This document shows positions 8,129 through 18,040 of a DNA stretch of 64,000 bases, piece after piece (position 1 is the first letter of the stretch; each line of letters starts with the position of its first letter). Source of the stretch: Candidatus Bathyarchaeota archaeon (GTDB taxonomy: Archaea; Thermoproteota; Bathyarchaeia; 40CM-2-53-6); contig CAVSBL010000002.1 in NCBI GenBank assembly GCA_963726255.1, positions 1,888,001 through 1,952,000 of the forward strand, given 5' to 3'. Below the pieces are notes generated by a model. That model was not told where the DNA came from and searched no databases. It was given only the letters and a program-made list of their open reading frames with translations. The translations under genes were made by a program, and so were the position numbers.

Positions 8129-9445
8129 CTACCGGTCAGTTCCGCACCATTCTGTAACCGCGACGCAGAGAATTTTCGCCGTCTTCACTATTGAATCGAT
8201 TGAAACGAACTCGTCGACGACGTGAGCTTGTTCTGTAGGTCCGGGTCCTAAGGCGATTGAGGGAATCTGCAGCAGGTTCATGAGGTGGGCCCCGTCGTCC
8301 CATGAGTCTAAGGCGGAGATTCGCGCTTTTACGGAAACTGCGTCAGCAGCGGACATAACATTACGGACTAGTGGATGATCACGTTCCACTTCCATGGGGG
8401 GAAGGTCCATTATCCACTCGATTCGGGCAGGGTGTTCTGCCAGCCAACTGTCCGCTTGACAAGAACGGGCAAGATGTTCTTCGATTTCTCTCTTGACTTT
8501 GGTTCCATAGCCTTTCTCATCGCGATCGGCGGGAAGGTATTGAATGTCCATCTCCATCTCGCACTTGTCAGGTATCGTCGCCCAGAAGTCGCCTGACTTG
8601 ATTATTGTTGGCATTATTCTGGGTGCGGATAACAACTCGTGTTTCTTCGCGGACCTTTTAGTCCAATCCGCCTCTAAGGTTCGAAATGCGTCGAGAACTA
8701 TGGATGCCTTCTCGATCGCGTTGACTGCTCCCCCCTCGCTCCAGTGTGGGTGGTTCAGTTCCGCATGACCAGCCCGCCCATCAACAATCGCCCTCGCCCA
8801 GAGCAGACCTCTGGTCGCAATCCAGAGGTTCAAATTGCTGGGCTCTGGGATTATCGCAGCGTCAGCCTTGTAGCCTCGATCAATGCAGGCGACTGTACCC
8901 ATTCCATTGATTTCCTCGTCAAGGACGGTTTCTATGATCAAGTCGCCCTTCAGTTTCAACTTGGAACTGCTAATCACTTTCGCGGTGGCGATTATTGCTG
9001 CTGCTCCAGCTTTCATGTCGCAAGAACCGCGGCCAAAGATCTTACCATCCTTGACTTCTCCTCCCCATGGATCATGTTTCCATTTTGACGCGTGGTCGGC
9101 TGGTACGACGTCGATGTGTGCGTTGAGGATTAGTGAACGGCCGTCCCCAGAGCCTTTGAGTGTGGCTGCGAGCATGGGCCTCTTGTTGAAATTTTGTCCC
9201 TTGATGTAGAACGGGTGGTGTGATAACTTGTTGATGTCGGGTTCCCAAAGGTCTACTTTGAATCCGAGCTCTTTGAGTTCTTCAGCGACGTATTCTTGGC
9301 ATTGTTTATCATCGAATGCTGCCTGCCCAGGGTTGGGTGAGGTTGTGTTGAACTTTACTAGGTCGCTGGTGAGCTTAACGATTTGGTCGGTCCTTTTCTC
9401 AACGGCGTTTAGTAGCGTCTTTGTTTCATCTTGCAAGTGAAACAT
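8129..9445 (-). CDS. M20 ArgE/DapE-family deacylase
   Basis: NAHIDVV, GRGSCDMKAG, DEE, IIPEP, GPG...AHVVDE. Confidence 0.9.
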   Translation of the reverse strand: MFHLQDETKTLLNAVEKRTDQIVKLTSDLVKFNTTSPNPGQAAFDDKQCQEYVAEELKELGFKVDLWEPDINKLSHHPFYIKGQNFNKRPMLAATLKGSGDGRSLILNAHIDVVPADHASKWKHDPWGGEVKDGKIFGRGSCDMKAGAAAIIATAKVISSSKLKLKGDLIIETVLDEEINGMGTVACIDRGYKADAAIIPEPSNLNLWIATRGLLWARAIVDGRAGHAELNHPHWSEGGAVNAIEKASIVLDAFRTLEADWTKRSAKKHELLSAPRIMPTIIKSGDFWATIPDKCEMEMDIQYLPADRDEKGYGTKVKREIEEHLARSCQADSWLAEHPARIEWIMDLPPMEVERDHPLVRNVMSAADAVSVKARISALDSWDDGAHLMNLLQIPSIALGPGPTEQAHVVDEFVSIDSIVKTAKILCVAVTEWCGTDR

Positions 9446-9453
9446 TCAACCGT

Positions 9454-10800
9454 CTAAGCTATGGCCTTGAGGGCTTGCTCTGCAGCGGTAACGGCTTTCT
9501 GAACGTCTTCCGTTGTGTGCTCTGTACATACGAAAAGGTGCTCGTACTGTTGTGGGTGGAAGTAGATCCCTCTTTTGAGGAGCTCCTTGTGAAATCGTAG
9601 ATATTTCTCGGAGTCAGTGCTGAAGAAGTCTCGATAGTTTCGAATCTTCTTCATCTTTGTGAAGTATAGTTGGCAGCCGCCAGCTCCTACGCCTTGCACA
9701 ATTCCATCTGTTCGCGTCTTCTCCACCGCGCCCTGCAAGCCGTCCTGGAGCATCCTGCCCACCCTATGCATGTGTTTGTAGGCTGCACCGTCGTTCTTGG
9801 TAAGTTCAGTTAAAGCGGTGTATGCCGCGGCGACGCAGAGCGGATTTGCATTGAAGGTTCCGGCATGCATTATCTTCCCGGGTACGACTTGTTCCATGAT
9901 CTCTTTCACGCCCGTTATTGCTGAAATTGGAAACCCTGCGCCCAAAGCCTTCGCGAATGTTGCAAGGCCGGGTTCAAGACCGAAGTATTCTTGGGCTCCG
10001 CCTGGGGCCAATCTGAAGCCGCTGATGACTTCATCGAGGATGAAGACAACATCGTATTTTTCGCAAAGTTCCTGCAGTCCCTTCAGGTAACCTTTCTCTG
10101 GAAGGACGGTTCCAATGTTCATCAGGATAGGTTCGGTTATTATTGCAGCGATCTCATGTGCCCTTCTCTTCAGTGTCTTTTCGACCACTGAGAGGTCGTT
10201 CCATGGCAGAAGGATGACGGTGCGAGCAGTCTCTTCGGGTATACCCCACGTCGCAGCGATCTTGAAGGGTGCAATTGAGGATCCGAGTGAAGGGGTCCCT
10301 AGACCCCCCAGCAATACATAATCATGAGCTCCGTGGTAACAACCTTCGAATTTGATGATCTTGTCTTTTCCGGTGTAGCCTCGTGCAATCCTGATCGCAT
10401 GCATGGTCGCCTCTGCGCCAGAGTTCGAGAACCTAACCATATCTGCGTTTGGGACAATTTCGCAGACCTTCTCGGCCAGTTTGACTTCCGTCTCGTTGAG
10501 TACCGCGAAAGCTGTACCCTTTTCCAATTGTGCACGAACAGCTTCCATCAATTTGGGATGGCAGTGGCCGAGGATACATGGTCCCATAGATAGGATGAAA
10601 TCGATGTATTGGTTTCCGTCTGCGTCCCAAATCTTTGACCCTTTCCCCCTCTCGAAGGTTAGTGGATAGGGATCGAAGACAGGGTAACATTGACCGTGTG
10701 AGCTGGCCCCGCCGGGCATTACCTTGAGCGCCCTTTGGTAGAGGTTCCATGACTTGCGCGTTGTCAGGCCAGGAGTGTATTCAACATAGGAGTTAGGCAT
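9454..10800 (-). CDS. Class III PLP aminotransferase, glutamate-1-semialdehyde aminomutase-like
   Basis: DADGNQYIDF, NSGAEA, KFEGCYHG, DEVISGFR, AKALGAGFP (PLP Lys), GTFNANP. Catabolic operon context argues against assigning hemL. Confidence 0.85.
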   Translation of the reverse strand: MPNSYVEYTPGLTTRKSWNLYQRALKVMPGGASSHGQCYPVFDPYPLTFERGKGSKIWDADGNQYIDFILSMGPCILGHCHPKLMEAVRAQLEKGTAFAVLNETEVKLAEKVCEIVPNADMVRFSNSGAEATMHAIRIARGYTGKDKIIKFEGCYHGAHDYVLLGGLGTPSLGSSIAPFKIAATWGIPEETARTVILLPWNDLSVVEKTLKRRAHEIAAIITEPILMNIGTVLPEKGYLKGLQELCEKYDVVFILDEVISGFRLAPGGAQEYFGLEPGLATFAKALGAGFPISAITGVKEIMEQVVPGKIMHAGTFNANPLCVAAAYTALTELTKNDGAAYKHMHRVGRMLQDGLQGAVEKTRTDGIVQGVGAGGCQLYFTKMKKIRNYRDFFSTDSEKYLRFHKELLKRGIYFHPQQYEHLFVCTEHTTEDVQKAVTAAEQALKAIA

Positions 10801-11034
10801 CGATCATTCCTCTTCTCAAGATTAGTGAGTGTGCCCATTCACACTATGGATATTTATTACGTTCGAGCAACTGCCCGAGGCCAGACTTTTGGCGTACAGA
10901 GTACCTATTCGAGAGTAGGCCTCACTGACCACTCGTCACTTTGTCCGTGGATAGAATCAAGGGTCATAATCCGACAAGAAGTTAAACTATCACGCGGAAA
11001 TTCTGGATCGAGTGACTAAGGAGCGCTCGTTTTA

Positions 11035-12006
11035 GTGAATACCACACTCACGGCGGTTGAGGGGTTAAGGGTCGGACATGCCCAAGACAAATCTACGCCG
11101 ACCGGTTGCACCGTGATTCTATTCGAGCCCGAAGCTGACGTCGCGTGCGAAGCACGCGGTGGATGGCCGGGAACCTACGATACGCATTCAATAGACGTGA
11201 CCAAGACCTTCGTCAAGAAACACGCCGTATTCCTTACGGGGGGTGACGTATTTGGATTTGACACGGCGATCGGGATAAGGCGGTATTTGATTGAGCGCGG
11301 TTTAGCTTCTGCCACGGGAGTTGGCAAGCTCCCTGGCATCGTGGGAGCAAACATCTACGACCTACCCATCGCTACAGTCGACAAAGTCCGATACCCCGAT
11401 TTAGGGTACCTAGCATGCATGAATGCTTCAAGGGAACCAGTTGGAGAGGGCAATATTGGTGCGGGAGTAGGCGGGACAGTGGGAAAACTCAAAGGCATCG
11501 AATTTGCCTGCAAAGGCGGATGCGGCACAACCGCAATGGCTCTGCGTAACGAAATTGTTGTGGCTGCAATAGTCGTCACAAATGCGTATGGGAACGTATA
11601 CGACATTGAAACAGGGAAGACCATAGCCGGCACCAGAAAAACCGACCGAGGTTTCATCGAATTCGACGAAGCAATCGCTGATTACCTGAATGACCATGCT
11701 CCACACCATACTACGATTGGTCTCGTTGCAACCAATATTGACTTGTCTCACGAGCAATTGATCAAGGTCGCACAGATGGCTCATGATGGGCTGGCAATGT
11801 CGATCAGGCCCGTGCACATGTCAACCGACGGTGATACTATGTTCGCTGCCTCCACGGCTAAAGTGAGGGGATTACGTGATCTAGACCGAATTGTTGACAT
11901 TGTAGGGTATGCTGGAGCCCAATGCGTCGCTAAATCGGTCGTCAGAAGCGTAAAGGCAGCACAAACATTGGCCAATGTCCCTGGCTGGAGCGACACACCG
12001 AAATAG
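11035..12006 (+). CDS. Peptidase family S58 (DmpA/P1-like aminopeptidase/amidase)
   Basis: LTAVEGLRVGHA, TGCTVI, RGGWPGT, GNIGAGVG, HTTIG (autoprocessing region), DGDTMFA. Confidence 0.85.
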   Translation: MNTTLTAVEGLRVGHAQDKSTPTGCTVILFEPEADVACEARGGWPGTYDTHSIDVTKTFVKKHAVFLTGGDVFGFDTAIGIRRYLIERGLASATGVGKLPGIVGANIYDLPIATVDKVRYPDLGYLACMNASREPVGEGNIGAGVGGTVGKLKGIEFACKGGCGTTAMALRNEIVVAAIVVTNAYGNVYDIETGKTIAGTRKTDRGFIEFDEAIADYLNDHAPHHTTIGLVATNIDLSHEQLIKVAQMAHDGLAMSIRPVHMSTDGDTMFAASTAKVRGLRDLDRIVDIVGYAGAQCVAKSVVRSVKAAQTLANVPGWSDTPK

Positions 12007-12220
12007 AAACTTCAACATATCTCGCAATCTGTAACCAGCGATCATCGAGCACACCCCCAGAGTGACCAGCTCACCCAAGAGCTTATTCCTGCTCCAGTCG
12101 CTCGCAGATTCCTTCTTGTTGTATGCGCCAAGTCGATCTGAACCGTCCGCGGAGTTACTTAGAACAGCCGATTTTGACTGCCCCGTAAAGAAAGTAAGGG
12201 TCTTGTTCTGAATAGAGCCC

Positions 12221-12493
12221 ATGAGCAGACGTAAGGATGATGCGTTTTACCTTTACTTCATAGTCAGATCAATATTGATGGGTTTGCTGGGGGCGCTGAT
12301 ATTCTCAGTTATCATATGGCTCCTCAACACTTCCAAATTACTCTACGTCCTCTCTATCTCCGCCGGAAGCTTCTTCATCGTAATGTTCCTCACTCGAGTA
12401 TTCGATAATCAGATACGGAGTTTAGTTAACAAAATCCTTGAGAAATTAGATAAGTGGCCCCGAGCGAAGGATTTCCTCTTGAGGCATTTCTAA
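12221..12493 (+). CDS. Small two-TM membrane protein
   Basis: Two hydrophobic helices followed by an amphipathic basic tail; ATG start. Confidence 0.6.
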   Translation: MSRRKDDAFYLYFIVRSILMGLLGALIFSVIIWLLNTSKLLYVLSISAGSFFIVMFLTRVFDNQIRSLVNKILEKLDKWPRAKDFLLRHF

Positions 12494-12603
12494 CAAGTCT
12501 CATTGTTTAGAGGCGTTTCTTGTAATCGCCTCGAAACGTAAGAAAAAAGAAAGGAAGCGGGGAGGTTCAGCCGTCGTAGTTTTGGTTTGCGCTCGGGATG
12601 AGG

Positions 12604-14208
12604 TTATACTGGTGGGATTTCGTGGAATGCGAGTTCAATGTCCAGTCCGTGTTTCTTGTGGTAGTAGACGCTTGCATAGTAGACTATGATGCATCCGACG
12701 ACGATTGCAAGAGCGATTCCTGCTCCAGTCAGTGTTGGAACGACAATCAGTGGGTTGATCAATGCTAAGTAGCCTATGTAGAAGAATGATATGGTTGTCA
12801 ACAGCCCTAGTATGCTAATGATGGGCACGCTGCCTACTTTCTTCCTCATCCAGCCAGGAGCCGAATCTAGCAGATCTTTCTTTGTGAATGGGAATATTGT
12901 TGTGGCAATCCCTGGAACGACGAAACAGAACGCCCAAAGGAATGTGCCTATGGTTTCAGCAGTAGGCCATGATGTGAACCAGTATAGGGCAAAGATGAGT
13001 ATTGACATCAACGTTATGGTAATTATGGAGACGTGCGGCGTTCTGAATCGCTTGCTCACATCGGCCATCTTTGTGGGGATGATTCGGTCAAATGACCATG
13101 CGAAGAAGTACCTGCTTGGGATCCAGAAGTAAACGAATGGGGCGGTAAGGGAACCCGCTAGCATTGTGAATAGGACCAAGAAGACTAGAAACTGGTTCGG
13201 GTAGGCGATTAGGGAAACCATCATGGGATAGGTCGGTGCGTAGGGCATTACACCAGAGTAGGCGGAGGGGGCGTTGTCCCATAGGTAGCCCACCGAGTAC
13301 ATCCAGTTCTCGCCTAGGTTGTTCAACGTCAATGCCGCGGTGACACTCCATATCACTATGCCGAGGATTAACGAAAGTAGCAATGCAATTGGGATGGCGC
13401 GTTTGACGTTTTTCACTTCACCTGCAACTACGTTGGCGAAGTTTCCTCCGAGGAGGAACAGAGCGGCGAAGGGAGCGCTAGCTATAGAGGCGGCCAGGGT
13501 GATGGTTGGGGGTGACCATCCAGATTGGGTTGCCAGTTTTGTCAATCCTCCGTAGGTTGAGAACTGGCCTAGGACAGTGTCCCATTTGGCTGCAAAGGCT
13601 GTTGGGTTCGTTGAACCTACGAAGCTCCACATCACGACGATTCCTATGACGGCTAGGGCCCATGCTACGTAGAGGAAGCCTCTCACAGCTTTGGCTCCGA
13701 CGATGGCGAGGGTTGCGAAGCACACAGTAATTAGAACTGAAAGTCCGAACCCTCCCACCGGACTACTGAGAAATGTGCCTAGGCTGATCAATCCCTGCGA
13801 ATTGTAGAGGAAGCCCCAGATTGTCAACGCTGTTGAAATGCCGGATGCGTAGGCGGCTGTGCCGCCGACGTATGCCGTGGCGAAGACTGAGAACATGTAG
13901 AGGAAGGACCAAGCGAAGCCTATGGCCGGATGCATAATTCTTGCAACCCAGACGTAGTCGTTGCCGGACCTGGGCATTATGACGCCCATAGCCCAGTAGA
14001 TCACCATCAACAGGACGAATGGGATGCCGGTTATGACGAGGGCCAATGGAAGGTTCGCGCCAGGGTTGAAGCCGTAATACCATGGGAATTGGAGGATTGT
14101 GTAGGTGAGGGCGAAAACGGCGGCTGATGCAATTAACAAAGTGTCGAGTGTTCCGAATTCTCTGACTAAACCACTTGACGTTCTTGCGAAGAAGGTCTTT
14201 TGAGCCAT
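12604..14208 (-). CDS. APC-family amino acid/polyamine permease (paralog 2)
   Basis: FARTSSGLVREFG, MPRSGNDYVW, AGEVKN, FAWSFDR. C-terminus FHEIPPV parallels HKEVPPE of paralog 1. Confidence 0.9.
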   Translation of the reverse strand: MAQKTFFARTSSGLVREFGTLDTLLIASAAVFALTYTILQFPWYYGFNPGANLPLALVITGIPFVLLMVIYWAMGVIMPRSGNDYVWVARIMHPAIGFAWSFLYMFSVFATAYVGGTAAYASGISTALTIWGFLYNSQGLISLGTFLSSPVGGFGLSVLITVCFATLAIVGAKAVRGFLYVAWALAVIGIVVMWSFVGSTNPTAFAAKWDTVLGQFSTYGGLTKLATQSGWSPPTITLAASIASAPFAALFLLGGNFANVVAGEVKNVKRAIPIALLLSLILGIVIWSVTAALTLNNLGENWMYSVGYLWDNAPSAYSGVMPYAPTYPMMVSLIAYPNQFLVFLVLFTMLAGSLTAPFVYFWIPSRYFFAWSFDRIIPTKMADVSKRFRTPHVSIITITLMSILIFALYWFTSWPTAETIGTFLWAFCFVVPGIATTIFPFTKKDLLDSAPGWMRKKVGSVPIISILGLLTTISFFYIGYLALINPLIVVPTLTGAGIALAIVVGCIIVYYASVYYHKKHGLDIELAFHEIPPV

Positions 14209-14361
14209 TACATGATCACATCTTGTTTGCAGATTTTCAGTCCATCACTTGAACTAGTCAGGATATAAGATATTCCAAACAAGAACCATCCTTGGAAAAA
14301 GGGTAACACTCGGTAGCAAAGGATAATTGGTGCACGGGCAAACCGCTGGCGGCGCCTATTC

Positions 14362-15141
14362 TTGGAAAATCGAAGCGGCCTCTCAGACTTCTTCAAAGAT
14401 GCTTTGATGATAATTGAGGCCGCGAAGCAGAAACAAATCGAGTTGAGGTTGATGGGTGCAACGGCCATTTACTACCGTTGCCCAAACTCAAGAAACTTGA
14501 CTGGGGCAATGAGTAGGGCACTTACCGATTTAGATTTCATGACGCTGTCCAAGTATGTGAGGCATATTCCTGATTTGTTTGCAAGTCTCGGCTTCGAAGG
14601 GAATGAGCGAGTAAATGCCCTATACGGGCTGAGGCGCCAAATCTACGCTGACCCGAAAAATGCAAGGCACATCGATGTGTTCGTTGACAAACTTACTTTC
14701 TGCCACCAACTCGACCTAACCCGCAGATTGGAGTTGGACCCGGTCACACTATCGTTGGCTGATCTTCTCCTGGAGAAGATGCAAATCGTGAAGATCGGAG
14801 AGAAAGACGTGAAAGACACAATCATACTCCTTCGGGAACACGAACTAGGTGACAGTGACAATGGGAGAATAAACATGGACTACGTAGCAAAACTGTTGGC
14901 GGACGATTGGGGATTCTATTACACCGTGACAACCAACCTAAAGAAAACAAAGGACTATGCGAACAGCCTCACAGTCCTTAGCCAAGAGGACCGCAAGCTG
15001 GTGGGCAGCAAGATAGATATGCTCCTGGATAAAATCGAGCGAGAAGGCAAGTCATTCAAGTGGAAGATGCGCGCAAAGGCTGGCACCAAGGTACAATGGT
15101 ATAGCGACGCCGAGGATGTTGAAAACAGAGCCGCGACCTGA
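14362..15141 (+). CDS. Putative Pol-beta/AbiEii-like nucleotidyltransferase (paralog 2)
   Basis: LMGATA, RALTDLD, HIDVF, LLEKMQIV, EKDVKD, FKWKMRAK shared with 6434-7210. Confidence 0.6.
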   Translation: MENRSGLSDFFKDALMIIEAAKQKQIELRLMGATAIYYRCPNSRNLTGAMSRALTDLDFMTLSKYVRHIPDLFASLGFEGNERVNALYGLRRQIYADPKNARHIDVFVDKLTFCHQLDLTRRLELDPVTLSLADLLLEKMQIVKIGEKDVKDTIILLREHELGDSDNGRINMDYVAKLLADDWGFYYTVTTNLKKTKDYANSLTVLSQEDRKLVGSKIDMLLDKIEREGKSFKWKMRAKAGTKVQWYSDAEDVENRAAT

Positions 15142-15160
15142 TTAATCAGAATGAAGTTCG

Positions 15161-16111
15161 ATGCCAACTAAAATATTCTTCGCGACCGACCTGCATGGGT
15201 CGGAGAAGTGCTTTCTGAAGTTCGTTAACGCAGCCAAGTTCTACAAAGCAAACACCCTGATAATGGGTGGCGATATTACCGGGAAGATGATTATACCGAT
15301 CATTAAGGAGCCGAACGGTAAGTACCACGCAACATTCGTGGGAAACAAACGTACGGCGAAGAATGAAGAGGAGCTCCAGGATCTGCAAAGGGCGATACGG
15401 TTTGCTGGTTACTACCCTTATTTGACGAATCCTCAGCAGATGGAGCAGCTTCAGGCTGACGATTCGAGAGTGCAAGCGATTTTCAAAGAACTCATGTTGG
15501 ACACCGTGAAGAGATGGGTTCAACTCGCGGAAGCGCGTTTGAAGGAGTCTAACATAAGGGTGTACATTACCGGCGGGAACGATGACATAGCAGAAATCGA
15601 AAGCATCATCGGAAGTTCAAGCTACGTGATCGACCCTGAGGACAAGGTTGTAGAACTCGACGGGAAGTTTGAGATGATTAGTACAGGCTGGAGTAACCCG
15701 ACACCTTGGAAGACCGCACGCGAGTGCCCTGAAGATCAACTTTGGGCCAAGATAGAAAAGATGGCTGCCCAGGTCCAGAACATGAAGAACTGCATCTTCA
15801 ACTTGCATGTGCCGCCCATAGACTCCGGCCTCGACACATGCCCCAAACTAGATGAGAACCTCAAACCCGTTCTCGCGGGCGGAGAGATCGTGATGACCTC
15901 AGGTGGAAGCACTTCGGTTCGAAAGGCTATTGAGGTATACCAGCCATTGCTGGGTTTACACGGCCACATCCATGAATCCAAAGGATTCTTGAAAGTTGGT
16001 AGAACTCTCTGCCTCAACCCTGGAAGTGAATATGGCGAAGGGATTTTACGAGGTGCGCTAGTCGAATTGGATGATGGCTCAGTCAAGAACTTCCTGCTCA
16101 CACAAGGTTGA
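15161..16111 (+). CDS. Calcineurin-like metallophosphoesterase (paralog 2)
   Basis: TDLHG, GGDITGK, GNDD, NLHVPP, YQPLLGLHGHIHES, NPGSEYGEGILRGAL. Confidence 0.9.
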   Translation: MPTKIFFATDLHGSEKCFLKFVNAAKFYKANTLIMGGDITGKMIIPIIKEPNGKYHATFVGNKRTAKNEEELQDLQRAIRFAGYYPYLTNPQQMEQLQADDSRVQAIFKELMLDTVKRWVQLAEARLKESNIRVYITGGNDDIAEIESIIGSSSYVIDPEDKVVELDGKFEMISTGWSNPTPWKTARECPEDQLWAKIEKMAAQVQNMKNCIFNLHVPPIDSGLDTCPKLDENLKPVLAGGEIVMTSGGSTSVRKAIEVYQPLLGLHGHIHESKGFLKVGRTLCLNPGSEYGEGILRGALVELDDGSVKNFLLTQG

Positions 16112-16117
16112 CGAACT

Positions 16118-17011
16118 ATGAGCCCATTAGCGCGAGATTTCATCGGTTACGGCAAGAAAGTACCGAAGGTTCGATGGCCCAAAGGAGCAAGGCTCGCGTT
16201 AACCTTCGCCATCAATTATGAGGCTGGAGGCGAACACTCCGTCGCCTTCGGGGATCAGGGAGCCGAAACTTTCGGCGAGTTTCCCGCATACGGAACCCCG
16301 CCCAAGCGCGACCTAGCGATCGAATCCATCTTCGAATACGAGACCAGGGTCGCGATATGGAGAATCCTGCGGACGTTCGACAAATACAACACGAAAACTA
16401 CATTCTTTGCTACCGCGAAAACATTGGAAACCAACCCGGAGGCAGCTAGGGACATAGTTCAGAGAGGGCATGAGATATGCAGCCACGGTTACCGTTGGAT
16501 CGAACACTTTACACTAACCCGCGAAGAAGAGCGCGACGCCATTCGCAAGGCTGTAGCCTCAATTGAGAGCGTGACAGGACAGAGGCCTGTTGGCTGGTAT
16601 TGTAGGGAGCCCAGCGAGAACACGATTGAGCTTCTTGTCGAAGAGGGAGGATTTCTGTACGATTCAGACGTCTACAACGACGACTTCCCTTATTACGCAA
16701 ATGTCAACGGAGAACATTTCCTTCTGATCCCATACACGCCGGACGTGAACGACTTTCACTACTTCTCCAACAGATTCAGCAATTCCGAGGAGTTCTACCA
16801 ATATCTCAAAGATTCCTTCGACCAAATGTACGATGAGGGGCGTCAGAACCCTAAGATGATGAACGTAGGCTTGCACGTAAGAATATCAGGCAGAGCCGGG
16901 AGGACGGTTGCTGTCGGCAGATTTCTCAAATACGTTAACGCGAAGCCAAAGGTTTGGATAGCCCGTAGGGTTGACATCGCGAAATGGTGGCTTGAAAACC
17001 ACAAACCCTAG
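16118..17011 (+). CDS. puuE: PuuE-type allantoinase / polysaccharide deacetylase family
   Basis: RDFIGYG...WP, NYEAGGE, ESIFEY, HEICSHGYRW, GWY, YDSD.YNDD.PY, KMM.VGLH.RI.GR match the PuuE pattern. Confidence 0.7.
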   Translation: MSPLARDFIGYGKKVPKVRWPKGARLALTFAINYEAGGEHSVAFGDQGAETFGEFPAYGTPPKRDLAIESIFEYETRVAIWRILRTFDKYNTKTTFFATAKTLETNPEAARDIVQRGHEICSHGYRWIEHFTLTREEERDAIRKAVASIESVTGQRPVGWYCREPSENTIELLVEEGGFLYDSDVYNDDFPYYANVNGEHFLLIPYTPDVNDFHYFSNRFSNSEEFYQYLKDSFDQMYDEGRQNPKMMNVGLHVRISGRAGRTVAVGRFLKYVNAKPKVWIARRVDIAKWWLENHKP

Positions 17012-17023
17012 AATAACTGAATG

Positions 17024-17188
17024 TCATTGGGGCCGCAGAACCGCTTTCTTGGTTATTTGCGGCGAACAATTCTTGTGCGCTCGACAGTAAATCTCGCAGC
17101 TGTTCGCTGTAGCCTGGTCGGCGTACCCCGAACCGCAGATTTCACAGAGATACACGATTTTCTGCAGATAGCTGATTACTAAAACCAA
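17024..17188 (-). CDS. Small Cys-rich metal-binding protein (54 aa)
   Basis: TTG at 17188 after GGTGGA RBS; YLCEICGSGY...CEIYC..H..CS.QITKKAV. The ORF-track upstream extension is likely spurious. Confidence 0.65.
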   Translation of the reverse strand: MVLVISYLQKIVYLCEICGSGYADQATANSCEIYCRAHKNCSPQITKKAVLRPQ

Positions 17189-17401
17189 CCGTGGTCCACC
17201 TTGATTCATCAATTCGGGTAGATGAGGATTAGTTTGCAGCTGGTCGGCCGCTCCAACCGCCTTCCACACCGACAATATAGTAGTGCAAGATAGCTGATCG
17301 GCCAGAGAGCGACAACTTAACGGCGCCACGCACCACGCTTTCCAAATTTGACGTCGAGAGAGTTTTCTACCAAGTGGAAATAGGTTTAAGGAATCATCCT
17401 C

Positions 17402-18040
17402 ATGGTCATCAATGCGTGCTTAGTTATGCCCAAGGCTAAGGAAGTGAACGCCCCGAGCGATTCAAATCGTGGCCATCGTTCATTGGCGGTCGTCGGACTC
17501 GTTCTAGTCATAATTCTTAGCTTAGCGTTCTTAGGGTACGCTGTGCTGAACAATCACACAACATTAATCACCCAAAACCTATTGATTACAAACACGACCA
17601 ACCTTTACACTATACAAACGCAGACAGTAACTACGGCACTAACGGCCGCCACGACGGTCACGAGAACAACATTCACCGGGTTCGGTTATGGCTATTATCC
17701 GGGTTGCATGAGTTACGGTTGTCCCGAACAGAACCTCGCCTATTATGGTAATTTCAACACATGCCGGGGTTCGGGGTCCAATAGCGAGGCTCAATGCTAC
17801 GGATACATAGAAGGGTCCTCGGACGGATGCATAATCCTCGCAGCCCCATTCATCGACCCGCATAACAGCAGCCCCTACGTAGTCTACCAGTACTATACGT
17901 TACATAATCTACCGTCACCATACCCCAGTGCGGGTACCTGGGTTACTGTGACAGGACAGCTATACCAAGGCTACACCACGAGCCCCACTGGCGCCGCTTG
18001 CCCAAGCAACAACATCAACGTAACTTCAATCACGCAGTAA
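17402..18040 (+). CDS. Membrane-anchored extracellular protein (Thr-rich stalk, Cys-containing head)
   Basis: N-terminal TM helix, Thr-rich linker, six Cys in the distal domain, 'GTWVTVTGQL' OB-like strand. Confidence 0.65.
   Translation: MVINACLVMPKAKEVNAPSDSNRGHRSLAVVGLVLVIILSLAFLGYAVLNNHTTLITQNLLITNTTNLYTIQTQTVTTALTAATTVTRTTFTGFGYGYYPGCMSYGCPEQNLAYYGNFNTCRGSGSNSEAQCYGYIEGSSDGCIILAAPFIDPHNSSPYVVYQYYTLHNLPSPYPSAGTWVTVTGQLYQGYTTSPTGAACPSNNINVTSITQ

Noticed and set aside
9454-10800. Calling the aminotransferase hemL
   Set aside because: No hem genes nearby and it heads an amidohydrolase operon; the family call is safe but the orthology is not.
17321-17328. CGGCGCCA, 8-bp match to the tRNA 3' end as a distal island boundary
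   Set aside because: An 8-mer is expected by chance in 64 kb, and the flanks do not match.
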